From IMG/VR virus record IMGVR_UViG_3300013121_000043: 64,000 nucleotides of DNA; one strand, given 5' to 3'. Under the pieces are notes generated by a model. It was given only the letters and a program-made list of their open reading frames with translations, searched no databases and was not told where the DNA came from. A program made the position numbers and the translations under genes. Numbering within the stretch: the stretch's first letter is position 1; every line of letters starts with the position of its first letter. The DNA is from an uncultured virus (IMG/VR IMGVR_UViG_3300013121_000043) (taxonomy: Duplodnaviria > Heunggongvirae > Uroviricota > Caudoviricetes). Shown here piece by piece: positions 1 to 9,622 of the stretch.

Positions 1-261
1 GGGTACAAGTACCTGGTGTACACGTCCACCATGTACTATCTCGGCGTCCTCTTGCGCTACGACGCCGAGCGGTTGATCCTGGCTCCGGGCAGCCGCGAGG
101 TGTACGAGATCGGCTCCATCGAGGAGCTGTACAACGACAAGCCGCGCGTGGCCGAGCGCGTGCCGCGCTACACGTTGCTGGCACGGGCCAACATCGTGGC
201 CGTGCTGGGTGGCGATCCCATGAACGGGAAAGACACCGGCAAGGCCAAGAAGAAAAAGTAA
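1..261 (+). CDS. 5'-truncated small phage protein, possible Sm-like beta-barrel
   Basis: Frame open from base 1 (GYKYLVYTSTMYYLGVL...) to TAA 261; pattern resembles ORF 1597..1920. Confidence 0.55.
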   Translation, partial: GYKYLVYTSTMYYLGVLLRYDAERLILAPGSREVYEIGSIEELYNDKPRVAERVPRYTLLARANIVAVLGGDPMNGKDTGKAKKKK

Positions 262-522
262 CTTAGGGAAATGGTCTGACGAGCGCACCGTAGCCTGACT
301 GCGGTGCGCTCTGTCATTCCAGGAGGTAGAGTATGGACGACAATAATCGAGGGCGGTACGGGCCGCATTATCAGTCAGAGCTTATCCGCGGGGGTTGCAT
401 GTTCACATTGTATCTGAGGTATCTGGGCATCCCTGCGGACGATGACGCGTTTGACGTGGTAGAAACAGAGAACGGAAAGTCGAGTGTTCTGGACGCCATC
501 AAAAGTGAGGAGTAGGACTCCC

Positions 523-843
523 ATGAATAACCAGTTCCTCTGTCTGGTGGTGGACGTACCCCAGATGCTCCAGCTTTCGGACGGGCCGGCCCGTCAGGAG
601 CTGGAGCAGTTGTTAGCCGTCTGTCCACGTCTGACCCCGTGCCCGGACGCTCCCGGGTTCCTGGCTGTCCGACTACGTGACCTCACCCCTGGTGAGCGTC
701 GACCCGATCGGGATGTGGTGTCCATCCGGTCGGTGGAGGGTAAGGTTCCCTCCGTCATCCTGGCGTTATCCGAGGAGCAGCTCACCAGCGGAACCGTGTT
801 CCGCCTGCAGGAGCTACAGGAGTTGTATTGTTGGAGGAACTAA
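523..843 (+). CDS. hypothetical protein
   Basis: ATG 523 after AGGA; only a 3-nt gap to the next ORF. Confidence 0.6.
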   Translation: MNNQFLCLVVDVPQMLQLSDGPARQELEQLLAVCPRLTPCPDAPGFLAVRLRDLTPGERRPDRDVVSIRSVEGKVPSVILALSEEQLTSGTVFRLQELQELYCWRN

Positions 844-846
844 AAC

Positions 847-1581
847 TTGGCAAAACTGCTGTATCTGCTCGAAAAAAAGAACCTGGTTTATCAGGGCAAT
901 CAGATATCTTTCGAGGGCGTGACGCCCGTCGAGGGTACGAATTTGGTGACAGCCGAGCTTTTTGAAGAGACCCGGGATGCGATCAAAAACGATCCAGGCT
1001 CTGCAGCTCGAGCTCGGGAATGTCTGGAGATGGCGGAGAAATACCGCCAGCTGATTACCTGCGTACCTTTTGTGGCACCCTGGGGTATGATCGGGCTCAT
1101 CGTGGCGGTGCCCGAGCCGTATGTGTTCCAGAAGACGGATTCCTTACTGGAGCTGGAGCGTCAGATCGTGGCGGCGTCACAGCCCACAGAAGAGTCAGTG
1201 AAAGAGTTTCTGAAATGCGCCACCCGGGTCGTCGCGATGATCGACACGACGGTGGCCAAGAAAACAGCAGCTAGCATTGTGGACGTTGTTCCGCTGTGCG
1301 AGACAACCCCCAACATCTGGATTAGGACGGTGACGGAGGAGTTGCTGGAAGAGTCCGCCGCCAGTCCTATCTCGGACAATTACCCCACCCGTTTGTTTGC
1401 GGCGAGGGCGCGGGCCTTCTTGACGAAGAAGCCAATTATTATCGGACCGCTGATGGAGGACGGCCGGCTGACCGGAGCCGTGATGGTCGTCTCGGCCCAG
1501 ACCGTACTGGGTCCGGAGCACGCCCAGATGCTATATGAGTTTCTGGCCCAGGGCAAGGAAGCCATTCTGAGTCGAATCTAA
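847..1581 (+). CDS. hypothetical protein
   Basis: 244-aa ORF, TTG start preceded by GGAGG. Confidence 0.75.
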   Translation: MAKLLYLLEKKNLVYQGNQISFEGVTPVEGTNLVTAELFEETRDAIKNDPGSAARARECLEMAEKYRQLITCVPFVAPWGMIGLIVAVPEPYVFQKTDSLLELERQIVAASQPTEESVKEFLKCATRVVAMIDTTVAKKTAASIVDVVPLCETTPNIWIRTVTEELLEESAASPISDNYPTRLFAARARAFLTKKPIIIGPLMEDGRLTGAVMVVSAQTVLGPEHAQMLYEFLAQGKEAILSRI

Positions 1582-1596
1582 CTATAAGGAGAAACG

Positions 1597-1920
1597 ATGT
1601 TTTCTACAGTGAAGCTCGGAGATGTCGTGGTGGTTGAATGTGTCCACACCATGTACGTGGGTGTTGTAGCACGAACAACGCCCAGCACTATTGTGCTGGG
1701 CGAGTTCGTCGTGATCCATACGATCCATAACCTGGCGGCGTTTTACGCTGGCAGGTTTACAAACAACGCCGTGGGCTGGACGGTTTCCCCACGGAACATT
1801 GAAATCAGCTGGGCCGCGGTGCAGAGCATTCAGCCGTACCCGGCTGAGTTTTTTGCGCAAATGCAAGAGCGCCCGAGTGTCCGCGGTCCGGACAGGGTGA
1901 TAGAAACGATCAGTAGTTAA
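1597..1920 (+). CDS. small phage protein, possible Sm-like fold
   Basis: AAGGAG RBS; LGDVVVVECVHTMYVGVV...IVL beta-strand pattern, similar to ORF 1..261. Confidence 0.7.
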   Translation: MFSTVKLGDVVVVECVHTMYVGVVARTTPSTIVLGEFVVIHTIHNLAAFYAGRFTNNAVGWTVSPRNIEISWAAVQSIQPYPAEFFAQMQERPSVRGPDRVIETISS

Positions 1921-1925
1921 AGGAC

Positions 1926-1966
1926 AGAGGGTGGTTCCGTCTGGAACCACCCTCTCTTTTTTAGCT
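1926..1966 (+). terminator. intrinsic terminator between convergent genes
   Basis: AGAGGGTGGTTCC-gtct-GGAACCACCCTCT then TTTTTTAGCT. Confidence 0.85.
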
Positions 1967-1976
1967 GTGACAGGAC

Positions 1977-2300
1977 TCAGACGCGATCGCTGGGAGCCTG
2001 TACCTCGATATCAAAGCGTGCAGCCATGGAAGCCTGAACTTCAATGTCCAGGGTTCCCTGAATGGTGCTGACACCCTCGCCCAGGTCGGCGTCGGCGCTG
2101 ACACGCACCTGGAAGAAGCCCAGCTTGCCGGTGGTTTTGACCGTTACCTGGAACGGATTGGCCTCGTCTTTTTCCAGGGTGGCCAGCTCCGGATCGCTGA
2201 TCTCCCAGGTGGGCTCGCCGTCGATCTTGGCGGGGTTGCCCATGGCAGAGGTGGGACGGAGGCTCAGACGGACTTGCTGCAGATCAGTCAGGACTAGCAT
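1977..2300 (-). CDS. Ig-like domain phage protein
   Basis: MLVLTDLQQVRLSL..GNPAKIDGEPTWEISDP..ADADLGEG, all-beta pattern; AGGAG RBS. Confidence 0.7.
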   Translation of the reverse strand: MLVLTDLQQVRLSLRPTSAMGNPAKIDGEPTWEISDPELATLEKDEANPFQVTVKTTGKLGFFQVRVSADADLGEGVSTIQGTLDIEVQASMAARFDIEVQAPSDRV

Positions 2301-2521
2301 GCGCGGGAACTCCTCGTACTGACAGGACCGATGATCAGAGAGACTGTGGTCGGTGCGGGTCGTACCAGACGCGCGTGATAACGCGACCACAACACCCAGG
2401 AACGGTCACGCCATAACGTCTCCAGCCGATAACCGCGGCTGACGTGTCGGGCAATCAAATCCAGCATGGTGATGGCCGAGTGGGTTTGTAACAGGACACG
2501 ATCAGTGGCTGGGGGTGTCAT
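2294..2521 (-). CDS. hypothetical protein
   Basis: Overlaps the start of the downstream minus-strand gene; lies just downstream of a sigma70-type promoter. Confidence 0.55.
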   Translation of the reverse strand: MTPPATDRVLLQTHSAITMLDLIARHVSRGYRLETLWRDRSWVLWSRYHARLVRPAPTTVSLIIGPVSTRSSRAC

Positions 2522-2551
2522 GGCATCTCCCGAGGACAGGGTGGCACGGGT

Positions 2552-2580
2552 ATTATAGCGCCGTTAACGTACGGGCGCAA
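2552..2580 (-). promoter_or_regulatory. sigma70-type promoter
   Basis: Minus strand reads TTGCGC-N17-TATAAT upstream of the 2521/2300 operon. Confidence 0.7.
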
Positions 2581-2620
2581 GTCCCCCTGGAGAGGTCGGT
2601 TATCCCGGGGCCGTAATAGC

Positions 2621-2647
2621 TAAAAAACAGGCCAAAACGCGGCAATA
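2621..2647 (+). promoter_or_regulatory. TAAA-N16-GGCAATA promoter motif, copy 1 of 13
   Basis: TAAA aaacaggccaaaacgc GGCAATA upstream of ORF 2743. Confidence 0.75.
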
Positions 2648-2742
2648 CAGAGTGAGTAAGCGCTAGCCCTCGCGCAGTACCAGACACGGTGTTCTGGAAG
2701 CGACGAGCGGAGGCGCACCTTTTTCTTTGAAAGGAGAAAAAG

Positions 2743-3171
2743 ATGAACACTCAAAACACACAGGCCCGGTACCCGAACCTCGGTGACACAGCAGCCAGGT
2801 TGGAGGCGCGGATCGACCAACTGGAACAGTTGGTCAGTCGCTTGGCGACGGTGGTGGAGCGGGTGGCGACCGCCCCCACCGCCCCCACCGCCCCCACCGC
2901 CCCCTGGTACAAGCGGTGGTGGTCGTCTGCCACCACCGCGGTGGCAAAATGGTGGCAGACGGCCGCCACCGCGGTGGTGAAAGTCGCCACCAACGTGGTG
3001 GCCGATACGGTGGTGGTCGCTGCCAGTTCGGTGGCGCTCACCACCGCCACCGCAGTAGTTGGTGTCGCCGCGACCGGGGCCGGCCCGGCGGCGGCGGTGG
3101 TGGTGGCCATCGGCCTGGCCGTCCTGACGGCAACGGTCGCGACCGTTGCCGTCAGGAAGTTCTGGCTCTAA
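2743..3171 (+). CDS. membrane protein: coiled coil, APT repeat linker, Ala/Val-rich hydrophobic helices
   Basis: AAGGAG RBS; hydrophobic C-terminal half. Confidence 0.8.
   Translation: MNTQNTQARYPNLGDTAARLEARIDQLEQLVSRLATVVERVATAPTAPTAPTAPWYKRWWSSATTAVAKWWQTAATAVVKVATNVVADTVVVAASSVALTTATAVVGVAATGAGPAAAVVVAIGLAVLTATVATVAVRKFWL
2869..2904 (+). repeat. 9-bp tandem repeat ACCGCCCCC x4
   Basis: Read directly; encodes TAP x4. Confidence 0.9.
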
Positions 3172-3730
3172 GCCAGGACTTCACCCCCGGACAGTGAGTG
3201 TCCGGGCGTCTGTCCTGCCCTGAGGAATGAGGATATTCCTCGGGGCGCGTGAGTGGTCGGTGCCTGGTACGACGTGTTGAGCGCAGCAACTTGCGTAACA
3301 ACACACCCTCGTACCTTTGCGTGAGGTCCAGTCTTTCTTCTCCTGGAGTTGCCCGGGGGTAAGAAAGATGATTCCTACGCACCGACCGCTCCTGGACAGT
3401 CGTCCGGAGCTCCCTGTCCGAGGTCCCGCCCCTGGGTGGGCAAGATCGCCGGTGTTGACGACCGGTCCTTGCCCCCAAACACCCCGGGTCCAACACCCGG
3501 AGGTGGGACCAGCCCGTCTCTGCCTGGTAACAGGTGGAGGCACCCGCACGCACGCGCGGGTTACCAAATCGTGCCGGAGGGAAGTACCTGTGAGAGTACA
3601 ACCGCGCAGATTTTTCGGTTGACAAAAAATCTGGCCAGCGGCGTCACAGCTACTTCTCTCCGTGCCACCCCTTGTGGGTGGCCCCGTTGTTTCCTCCAGG
3701 TGCTTTTGCAAGCACCTGGTTTTGTTTAGC
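3172..3730 (+). ncRNA. large structured non-coding RNA of unknown class (~560 nt)
   Basis: More than 12 nested stems, e.g. 3251-3263/3379-3391 and 3575-3593/3644-3662; no credible ORF; ends in terminator CCAGGTGCTT-ttgc-AAGCACCTGG-TTTTGTTT. Confidence 0.7.
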
Positions 3731-3761
3731 TATCAGCTCTTTTTTTAGCTATCCGTCACCC

Positions 3762-3788
3762 TAAAATTCCTGGCACTCTGTGGCAATA
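3762..3788 (+). promoter_or_regulatory. TAAA-N16-GGCAATA promoter motif
   Basis: TAAA attcctggcactctgt GGCAATA directly after a terminator. Confidence 0.75.
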
Positions 3789-3850
3789 TGATGGGCCACC
3801 CGGTGTGTACTTTCAGGGTTGCAGGTATCCCGGGAGGTAGGTTGAAGGTA

Positions 3851-3887
3851 GCACGCGGTGGGGTCGTTCTCCACCGCGTGCGTTTTT
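3851..3887 (+). terminator. terminator or attenuator ~60 nt after the promoter
   Basis: GCACGCGGTGGGG-tcgtt-CTCCACCGCGTGC-GTTTTT. Confidence 0.65.
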
Positions 3888-3896
3888 GGAGAAGAG

Positions 3897-4115
3897 ATGA
3901 CACAGCACAATCCCAGCCAGTACCTGATGGTTCACCGCGGGGAGCTGGTACAGTATTTTGCACCGCGGATCCGTTACGACTTTGTAACGGGACCGTTAAC
4001 ACGGTTTTCGGTAAACTGCTGTAACTCGTTGCACGCCACCCGGCGCGACTTGCCACGAGGATTGTTCTTTCCGTGGGTTCTCTTTCGCCACGGCTACGAG
4101 GAGAGACAATGGTAA
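3897..4115 (+). CDS. micro-ORF (aromatic/basic)
   Basis: GGAG RBS, MTQHNPSQY..., overlaps the start of the next gene. Confidence 0.55.
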   Translation: MTQHNPSQYLMVHRGELVQYFAPRIRYDFVTGPLTRFSVNCCNSLHATRRDLPRGLFFPWVLFRHGYEERQW

Positions 4116-4729
4116 ACGTGCGTCACACCACACGGGAGCTACAGCGCCTGTGGATACAGGCAAAACAGGACGCCCAGGAGAATCTGGTACGTCTGTTGAA
4201 TCTCACATACTGGGTGATCCGGCGACGACTGCGGTACTGCATGGCCGGAACCCTGGATGCGGATGTGCTGGCCCAGGATGTACTGGTGCACGTGTGGGGT
4301 CGCTGGCACTTGTGCCAGAGTGCGTTTCACTACACCAACCTGGTCTACCGGCTGACGGAGTATCGCCGATACAACTGGAACCGCGATTACCAGCGCAACC
4401 AGTCCCGGTTGCGGCGGTACCAGAAGGAGCAGAAGGTAAGTCTGGCCCATCGGGAGCAACAGCAGGGCACGCTCGCAGACACGCTGGCGCGACAGGAGTC
4501 GCAGCAAAAACTACGACAGCAGCTACAGGCCGCCATCGCGCAGCTGGGTATGCGCGAAAGTCGACTGGTCCAGGAATACCATCTGGAAGAGTGTTCTGGG
4601 CCGGAGCTCCAGCAGCGTTACGGCTTCAAGAACACCCACGCGTTACAGGCCAGGCTGGCCAAGGCGCGTCGCCGTTTACGTCGTCGCCTGGCCGAGCAGG
4701 AGCAGGAGATGTTTGATGCCGTTACCTGA
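4109..4729 (+). CDS. divergent ECF-type sigma-70 family factor
   Basis: Region 2-like DADVLAQDVLVHVW; region 4-like AAIAQLGMRESRLVQEYHLEE..QARLAKARRRLRRRL. Confidence 0.75.
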   Translation: MVNVRHTTRELQRLWIQAKQDAQENLVRLLNLTYWVIRRRLRYCMAGTLDADVLAQDVLVHVWGRWHLCQSAFHYTNLVYRLTEYRRYNWNRDYQRNQSRLRRYQKEQKVSLAHREQQQGTLADTLARQESQQKLRQQLQAAIAQLGMRESRLVQEYHLEECSGPELQQRYGFKNTHALQARLAKARRRLRRRLAEQEQEMFDAVT

Positions 4730-5354
4730 GGGGTTGTGGCAGAGAGTCCAGCGGGAGGATCCCGATGCGCTACACGAGTTACTGCTGTACGCGTACAACC
4801 AGCTCTTGCCCTGGAGTTACCGCTACCTGGGCCGGAACCTGGATGGCGAGCAGCTGGCCCAGCAGGCCCTACTCCGGGTATATCGCTGCTGGCGACAGTG
4901 TCACGATCCTGCAAGGTTTAATGGCTGGCTACGCAAGTTGACGTACCGCAGCTGGTGTACCTATAGAAAGCGCGGTCGACGGCACAAGCACTTGTGTTGC
5001 GACGAAACACGACTGCGTTGTTATCGCGACTACCGCCAGCGCTGGGAGCTACCTCCAGATCCAGCAACCGCGGCCGCACAGCGCGAGTTGCAGCAGCTAC
5101 GCCGACAGGCTCTGGAACGAGCGCTGGGTACGCTGTCGGAGAAGGTGTGTCGGATGTTTGTACGGTATTACTGGGAAAACTGTACAAGCAAGCAGTTGAT
5201 GGAAGAGCTGGGTGTGGCCACACCCAAGCGGGTCTACCAGCGGTTGTGGCGCTATTACGCGCCTTTGCGTCGACTCTTGCAGGAGCAGGAGTCTCTGTTA
5301 CTAGAAAACTGTAACAGTACGGCCCAGATCGACCAGGCCGTACGGAGGGGGTAA
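4716..5354 (+). CDS. ECF-type sigma-70 family factor, tandem paralog
   Basis: EDPDALHELL..DGEQLAQQALLRVYR..DPARFNGWLRKL; C-terminal ALERALGTLSEK HTH region. Confidence 0.8.
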   Translation: MPLPEGLWQRVQREDPDALHELLLYAYNQLLPWSYRYLGRNLDGEQLAQQALLRVYRCWRQCHDPARFNGWLRKLTYRSWCTYRKRGRRHKHLCCDETRLRCYRDYRQRWELPPDPATAAAQRELQQLRRQALERALGTLSEKVCRMFVRYYWENCTSKQLMEELGVATPKRVYQRLWRYYAPLRRLLQEQESLLLENCNSTAQIDQAVRRG

Positions 5355-5356
5355 GA

Positions 5357-5611
5357 ATGGGTAAATCACTACTGCTGTATTTTTTAGGACAATTTCAGCC
5401 AGGACAACCCATGACCCTGGACAGGGCTGTGGATCAGTGTTTCTTTTTTTCGCCGGAGGAGGCGGCGAGTTACCGGGAACGCCGGGCTATCGACGCCCAG
5501 ATCTTTGCAGCGGCGGTCACGACAGAAGTAGCGACGCGTATCATCGAGCCCGTGGTGATCACAGCTGGGCCCAAGCTCCCGGAGCTGGCCGGGGTGGATG
5601 AGTGCGAATGA
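5357..5611 (+). CDS. hypothetical protein
   Basis: GGAGG RBS; coupled ORF. Confidence 0.6.
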   Translation: MGKSLLLYFLGQFQPGQPMTLDRAVDQCFFFSPEEAASYRERRAIDAQIFAAAVTTEVATRIIEPVVITAGPKLPELAGVDECE

Positions 5612-7187
5612 GAACACCCCAGGATAGCTGTCAGTGCTTCGCGTCCATGCGTGGACGTCTGCGCCGTGTGACCAGCTACACGGTGATTTTTAAGGTGCAA
5701 GAATCAGACGGTCTTCGCTGGGGATTTCGTCTGGAGCGCCCGCTGTGCCACGTACTTAACCGGACCAGGTTTTTCCGGGGCGAGTATCCCCCGTTCCAGT
5801 TGTGTCAACGTGACCTCTTGATTCCCAAATGAATTACGGAAGTCACTCCCTCGGACGGGACGGAGTTTCACTGGTGATCTCGCCCCACCGAACCAGTTAC
5901 CCCTGCGGCTGGCTGTGGCGCACCTACACCCACATCCAGCTGCGGGCCTATCCAGACTACCAGCTGTATTTTGGTTACCTGGATCTGGGAACCCACGTCT
6001 ACGACACGAAGGCGTGGCGGAGGACCACCTGGATCCATGCCACATGATCGTGGGGTGCAGGCTGGCGACCTGGTCCGGGTGGAGCCGTCCTTCGGGAGGG
6101 TATACCGGAAAGCGGTTCGATTCCGCCGCCCGACCTGTGCTGGGAGGTTTGCCGTGATTTTCTACATCATTCAACGCGAGCTGCTGGGGTTTGGCTGGCC
6201 GCAGCCCTCCCACCATACAGGACAGTTTCCGTTTGTGGCGACACTAAGCACCTACTTCTACCGCCAGAAACTTCCCTTCTGGCACCGGCTCCGGCCAATG
6301 TCCCGACCTGTGTGCCACACCACAACCCGCTACCGCGGTCCTGTGGGCTATCTGGTCGGGGGCAGCCTGCTGACAAAGAGGAGTTGATTCGCTTGATTAC
6401 CGTGAACCAGCGGCAGCTGTTTTTGCTGACATCACAGTTTTGTGAGGTGTGGCGGAAGCTGCCTTACCCACGACACCACAGCACCCAGTTTCGCTCTAAT
6501 TACTGGCCGTATTGCTGGTATTATCGCCTTGCTATTGGCTATACCTGGGTGCGCTACGTCACGAGTCAAAACGTCGCGGTTGCCGCGACCCTGCTCACCC
6601 GGTGTCAGGAACATTACAGTGGGAGGTAACCATGCTGGGTGCGGATGCGATTGCTCGCCACAAGGTGGGGTTTCTTGTTCCCTACCGCTATCCCAGGATA
6701 AAACGGGACTGGCGGTACTACTGGTGTTTCAACAAGACCAGTGGGTACCGGATTGGGCTCTATCGCGATAACCTTCTGTCTGTCTTTACCTGGAACCCAC
6801 CGGACCAGGACACACTCCACGATCTGCGGCTGGGGGTGTAAATGATCATCCCGGCCTGGAAGCCACTGCCGCATTACGTACGTAGACGCCACTACGTACA
6901 GATATCTTCTCCAGGTGTACCATGTCACTACATCTGTGCCAGTGTAACTATCCTGTACACAGGCGATTGCTGCTTTTCACCCGAAGTATTTATTGCGGGG
7001 GAGCCCCATGCTTAGTGCGTGGATTCTACCGAACTACCTGGGCCAGTCAGACCTGTTACCCGGATGGAAGCTTCCGGGTTGGACGTACTGGCTCTGCTGC
7101 GCCGACCGTACGCTGATCACTGTCAGCGGGAGACGCCACTATCTGGGCGTGATACATATTCAGCTATCTATTACTACGGAGTAAGTT

Positions 7188-7526
7188 ATGGCACCTCCTT
7201 ACGTGAAACGCTCTAGTAAACAGCTGGACGATGGCTGGGAGATCCAGGATGGTGAGGGAGCCACGATCGCCATCGTGGCCACGGAAACCATGGCCAACGC
7301 CCTGTTGGCCACGCTCCTGGGCCTGCTGGAGCGCGTTCCTGACTACCCCAGTAACACCCCCATTGCCGCGGCCGAGGAGTGCGAGCTGTGGCTTTATCGC
7401 TGCCAGAAGTGCCAGCACGAGGCGGCCCAGCGCGAGTTCTGGCCCATGGATGGCAGTCCGGCCCGGTACATCTGCCCGGCGTGCGGTAGTACCAAGGCCG
7501 TGCTGGCAGGAGAGACCGATGCGTGA
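7188..7526 (+). CDS. zinc-ribbon protein
   Basis: YRCQKC...ICPACGS. Confidence 0.7.
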   Translation: MAPPYVKRSSKQLDDGWEIQDGEGATIAIVATETMANALLATLLGLLERVPDYPSNTPIAAAEECELWLYRCQKCQHEAAQREFWPMDGSPARYICPACGSTKAVLAGETDA

Positions 7527-7962
7527 CTTTGAACGGAAAGACAGGGCGGTGATTCAGCACGCCTGGGCCAACCCCAGCGATTGCATCCTGGGTCCCTGCC
7601 TGGCCGACATCGCCAGGGCCTTTACCACGGCGGGGCTACGCTGGCCTGTACTCAACCCGGAGTATGGCAAGCCGGATGCCTATGCCGATCTGGTGGACAG
7701 GGCCATCTGCGAGGTCATGGAACAGACACGCTGGCGCGTTACCCTGGAGGGAGTACCCACGGGGACCGAGGGATCCTGGAACGACTGCTGGCTGACTCTT
7801 AGCTGGGTCAGTGGCTGCACCTCGGCGGACTGGCAGTTACGACACGGGAAGTACGCCATTGAAGCCATCGTGGACGAGGCCACCAACCATGATTCGACGG
7901 CTGCATATACGCTGTCCGGCGTACTACACGGCGATCGTGCGTCCTGTGCTCGGGCGCTATAG
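7519..7962 (+). CDS. hypothetical protein
   Basis: AGGAG RBS; overlaps the previous stop. Confidence 0.6.
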   Translation: MRDFERKDRAVIQHAWANPSDCILGPCLADIARAFTTAGLRWPVLNPEYGKPDAYADLVDRAICEVMEQTRWRVTLEGVPTGTEGSWNDCWLTLSWVSGCTSADWQLRHGKYAIEAIVDEATNHDSTAAYTLSGVLHGDRASCARAL

Positions 7963-8702
7963 CAACCAGGGGACTTACACCATTACCTGGATAGCCCGGT
8001 TGCAGCCCTTTTTCCTGAATATCGGCCTACGGTGCTACAGTCACCGTAACTACCGGACGCTGCTCACCGCCGTTGTCGACGAGGAGGGTTAGATGCTTAC
8101 GACCAATCGTAAGTTTTCCGACCGGATCCACTACCACTGCATTTACCGGTTTTCTCAGTCTTTGCATCCAGCTGGGGCGTTTACGGCCATCCGTGACCTG
8201 GGGCCTGGACGCACGTATTACGTGGATCTTGGGGTACTGCACTACCTGCGGATACTCCAAAACTACAGCTGGAGTCCATGGCTCACCGTCGTGTCTGGCG
8301 CTCCCCAGGCGGCATCATGTTGACGGTTAACTCTCCTGCTCGCTACGAAACCGCCCGGTCGGCCCGGATGGGCTATTACAAACATGCCAGCTGGATGGTT
8401 TACTACTGGCAAAGTTTACCCCGCGTGGGCGGGCCGGCCCGGTGGGTGTTTACAGTCGGCGTACGGGACGAGTACTGGACACATAAGTTGTTGCTGGTGA
8501 GGGTGTTGTGATGATGCGCCGCAAACGTTATTACCTGCAGCAGGTGCGTCATTTTTATCAGATTTCTTCCTTTCCAGCGCCCTGGCACAACGTGACCCGG
8601 TTCAGTCGTCTAGGAGTCCTGGGGTACTGTCTGGATACCGGCACGATCCCCTTTCGCTGTAGCCGGGCCATGTTTCTGGTCCGTACGTATTCCTGAGGAA
8701 CC

Positions 8703-8826
8703 AAGGCAGAGAAGCAGTGGGGATGTTTTCGTGGCTTTCCTGTCCTAACCGGGTCGCCTCGAGTCCCTGGACACGTCAGAAGCCACCGTCGAGTCCAGGA
8801 GAGGTCCCGGGCTGCTTCTTTGCCTT
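8703..8826 (+). ncRNA. structured intergenic RNA element with a possible pseudoknot
   Basis: 15-bp closing stem 8703-8717/8812-8826; inner stems; loop GAAGCCAC (8779-8786) complementary to GTGGCTTT (8731-8738). Confidence 0.5.
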
Positions 8827-8994
8827 TTCTTGAGAACGGAGACGAATCATGGTCACAAAGCCTGATCCGTTCTGGTTGTTGGTGTTGGACCGGCCCAGCC
8901 TGTATCTGGTGGTTGAGGTAACCCCGGACGGCGAGGCACGGGTAATCTGGCGCAGCAGTCGCGAGGACTGTCTGCGCGTCATTAAGGAGAAGGC

Positions 8995-9384
8995 ATGCGA
9001 AAATACAAGTACAAAAGCAGTGTGACCCTACGGTCTCGTTGGCGAAAGCAGTTGCGGGTGTTGGAGGGGTTACGCCCTGAAGCCTGTGTGCATCTGCCAA
9101 TCCATATGCCTGCCTTGCAGGTCAAGGACTGGCGACGACTGCTGGCGTGTGCACCGGACGCCACCTCGTTTGCCGAGAAGATTCGGGCGTTTATCACGAC
9201 CGCCCGGTTACCGGCTGAAATCGAGGCGGACCGAAACGGCGAAGCCTCACACAACGGGCAGCCTGCTGCTCAGGAGAAGCCCCACAGCAACGGGCATCCG
9301 TCCAGCAACGGGCATCCGGACGCCCAGGACAAGCTACATAAGGCGTTACAGGAATTGCGTGCCGCCCTGGAGAAGCACCTCTAA
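8995..9384 (+). CDS. hypothetical protein
   Basis: AAGGAG RBS; contains NGHP repeats. Confidence 0.65.
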   Translation: MRKYKYKSSVTLRSRWRKQLRVLEGLRPEACVHLPIHMPALQVKDWRRLLACAPDATSFAEKIRAFITTARLPAEIEADRNGEASHNGQPAAQEKPHSNGHPSSNGHPDAQDKLHKALQELRAALEKHL

Positions 9385-9394
9385 GGAGATCGCC

Positions 9395-9598
9395 ATGCAG
9401 TTTACAGTACGACTCACCAGGGACGCCACGGAGAGCCTGGATCTCGTCGTGGAGGCCGAAACGGCTGAGCAGGCCGAGGAGATGGCGGTCAAGCTGTCCG
9501 GGCGCTACGGCGAGCTCGTGGGAGGCTGGGAGCTCGACGAGGGCAACCAGCATGAAGTCTGCGTGTCGGACGAGCCCACGCCCACGGAGGATGGCTAA
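9395..9598 (+). CDS. small acidic phage protein, similar to the N-terminus of 16574
   Basis: VEAETAEQAEEMA versus VEATTPEEAEKIA; AAGGAG RBS. Confidence 0.75.
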   Translation: MQFTVRLTRDATESLDLVVEAETAEQAEEMAVKLSGRYGELVGGWELDEGNQHEVCVSDEPTPTEDG

Positions 9599-9622
9599 AA
9601 ATCGCCCAGAAACGCTGTAATA
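9596..9622 (+). promoter_or_regulatory. promoter motif variant TAAA-N16-TGTAATA
   Basis: Same spacing as the other copies; followed by a 19-bp hairpin. Confidence 0.6.

Larger units (their letters stand above)
5608..8696 (+). other. micro-ORF array A (~12 coupled Y/R/W/C-rich ORFs, interrupted by two ordinary genes)
   Basis: Starts at 5608, 5829, 6044, 6154, 6384, 6632, 6842, 7008, 7889, 8093, 8317, 8511, mostly with overlapping or abutting stop/start codons. Confidence 0.65.

Noticed and set aside
3152..3729. ORFs of 100-176 aa in the structured region
   Set aside because: No RBS, no protein-like motif, mutually overlapping; base pairing explains the region better
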